From NCBI GenBank assembly GCA_964252035.1, contig OZ176204.1: DNA of 64,000 bases; one strand, written 5' to 3'. Under the pieces are notes generated by a model. The model had not been told where the DNA came from and did no database searches. It was given only the letters and a program-made list of their open reading frames with translations. The position numbers and the translations under genes are program-made. Position 1 is the stretch's first letter, and every line of letters begins with the position of its first letter. The DNA is from Podarcis erhardii. Taxonomy: Eukaryota. This document shows, in pieces, positions 63,248-64,000 of this stretch.

Positions 63248-63436
63248 CTCCGAGTCTGAAGAGCTGTTTTGATTCGTTTCTGTTTCATTGACTAGCGACG
63301 ATTTGACATCGGCTAAATCCCTCTCCGCCGACGAGTTCTCCGAAATCTTCTCTTCTTGCTCCCCTTCGTCTTTAAAAGAGATCAATTCATCGTTCGCCCC
63401 CAAATCGTCCCCTCCACCGCCATTTAGTTGCGGCAT
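63248..63436 (-). CDS. TCF7L2: TCF7L2 coding exon 1 (189 bp, aa 1-63, beta-catenin-binding domain)
   Basis: Translates [63 protein letters not shown], near-identical to the vertebrate TCF7L2 N-terminus; ends GAG|GTAAGG (donor at 63247). Confidence 0.98.
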
Positions 63437-64000
63437 TTTCCTCCTGACTTACCCCACCAGCAGCAATTTTGCAAGGACAGAGGGGAGGGGAGGGAGAGAA
63501 GAAGGGGAAAGGGGGGGGAGGAAAAAGGGGGAAGGATTAAAAAAAGAAAGAAAGAAAAGGGGGAAGTTTACAATTTTTTGTTTTAAAAAAAGTCCAAGGT
63601 GAAAGTTTTTTCCTTTTCCTTTTCTTTCCTCCTGGGGAGGGGAAAAGAGGGAGGAGGAGGAAGAGGGGAGGGCAGTGTCCCTTCTCCTTTCCTTTTGCAC
63701 CAGTGACTTTGGGTTTCTTCTTTTCCTTCTTCTGGATTTTCTCTCTCTCTCTCTCTCTCTTTTCTTCCGAAGATCAGATCAGCGTGTAAAGCGCGCGCAC
63801 AGACACACGCGGGTAGACACACACAAAATTAATAATAAAAAAATTATATAAGGAGGGAGGGAGGGAGAGACGGGGGAGGGGGGAACTATAAAAAAATTGC
63901 AGCAAACAAACCAAACAACAAGTCAGCTGTAAAAAAGGGGGGGTAGAAGCCGCAGATATAGGGAGCCTGTGCCGCTCGGATTTGAGTGAGTTGAAGTTAG
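63437..64000 (-). other. TCF7L2: TCF7L2 5'UTR / TSS-proximal region, probably running to near the window edge
   Basis: Directly upstream of the ATG; pyrimidine tracts; blocks such as AACTCACTCAAATCCGAGCGGCAC, TTCACCTTGGACT and AAAATTGCTGCTGGTGGG match my recollection of the mammalian TCF7L2 5'UTR; no upstream ATG seen in 564 nt. Exact TSS not determinable. Confidence 0.75.

Larger units (their letters stand above)
61950..64000. promoter_or_regulatory. CpG island / GC-rich promoter region over exons 1-3
   Basis: Dense unmutated CpGs and G/C runs (e.g. 62220-62360, 63150-63430, 63780-63980) against a CpG-depleted, AT-rich intron. Confidence 0.85.

Noticed and set aside
1-64000. CRISPR arrays, rRNA, prokaryotic systems, or a direct match to the human rs7903146 flank
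   Set aside because: Vertebrate intron; repeats are TE-derived or microsatellites with no regular repeat-spacer array; no recognisable match to the human SNP flank by eye.

Overview
Squamate reptile genomic DNA; the Sauria SINE and MITE content suggests a lacertid-type lizard (inferred). The window holds the 5' end of TCF7L2 on the minus strand: a CpG/GC-rich promoter-5'UTR region (~61950-64000) and coding exons 1-3 (63436-63248, 62844-62778, 62550-62426). All three have canonical GT-AG sites and join in frame to give residues 1-127, including the beta-catenin-binding domain. Everything from 62425 to 1 is one giant intron or intron complex in which I could not find the next exon. It carries Sauria and tRNA-derived SINEs, BovB/L1/L2/CR1 fragments, many hAT and Tc1/mariner-superfamily MITEs (several nested, with TSDs intact), two Penelope-like element (PLE) pieces, microsatellites and a 292-N gap. 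Top leads: (1) a minimal hammerhead ribozyme core in a PLE fragment, sense to the TCF7L2 pre-mRNA; (2) a perfect GTAAGT donor 16 nt upstream of the start codon that could yield a dominant-negative isoform via a TAATG stop-start overlap in exon 3; (3) the unusual end structure of the PLE insertions; (4) nested and dimeric MITE architectures. TE family names are from recall, not database searches. Most listed ORFs are spurious.
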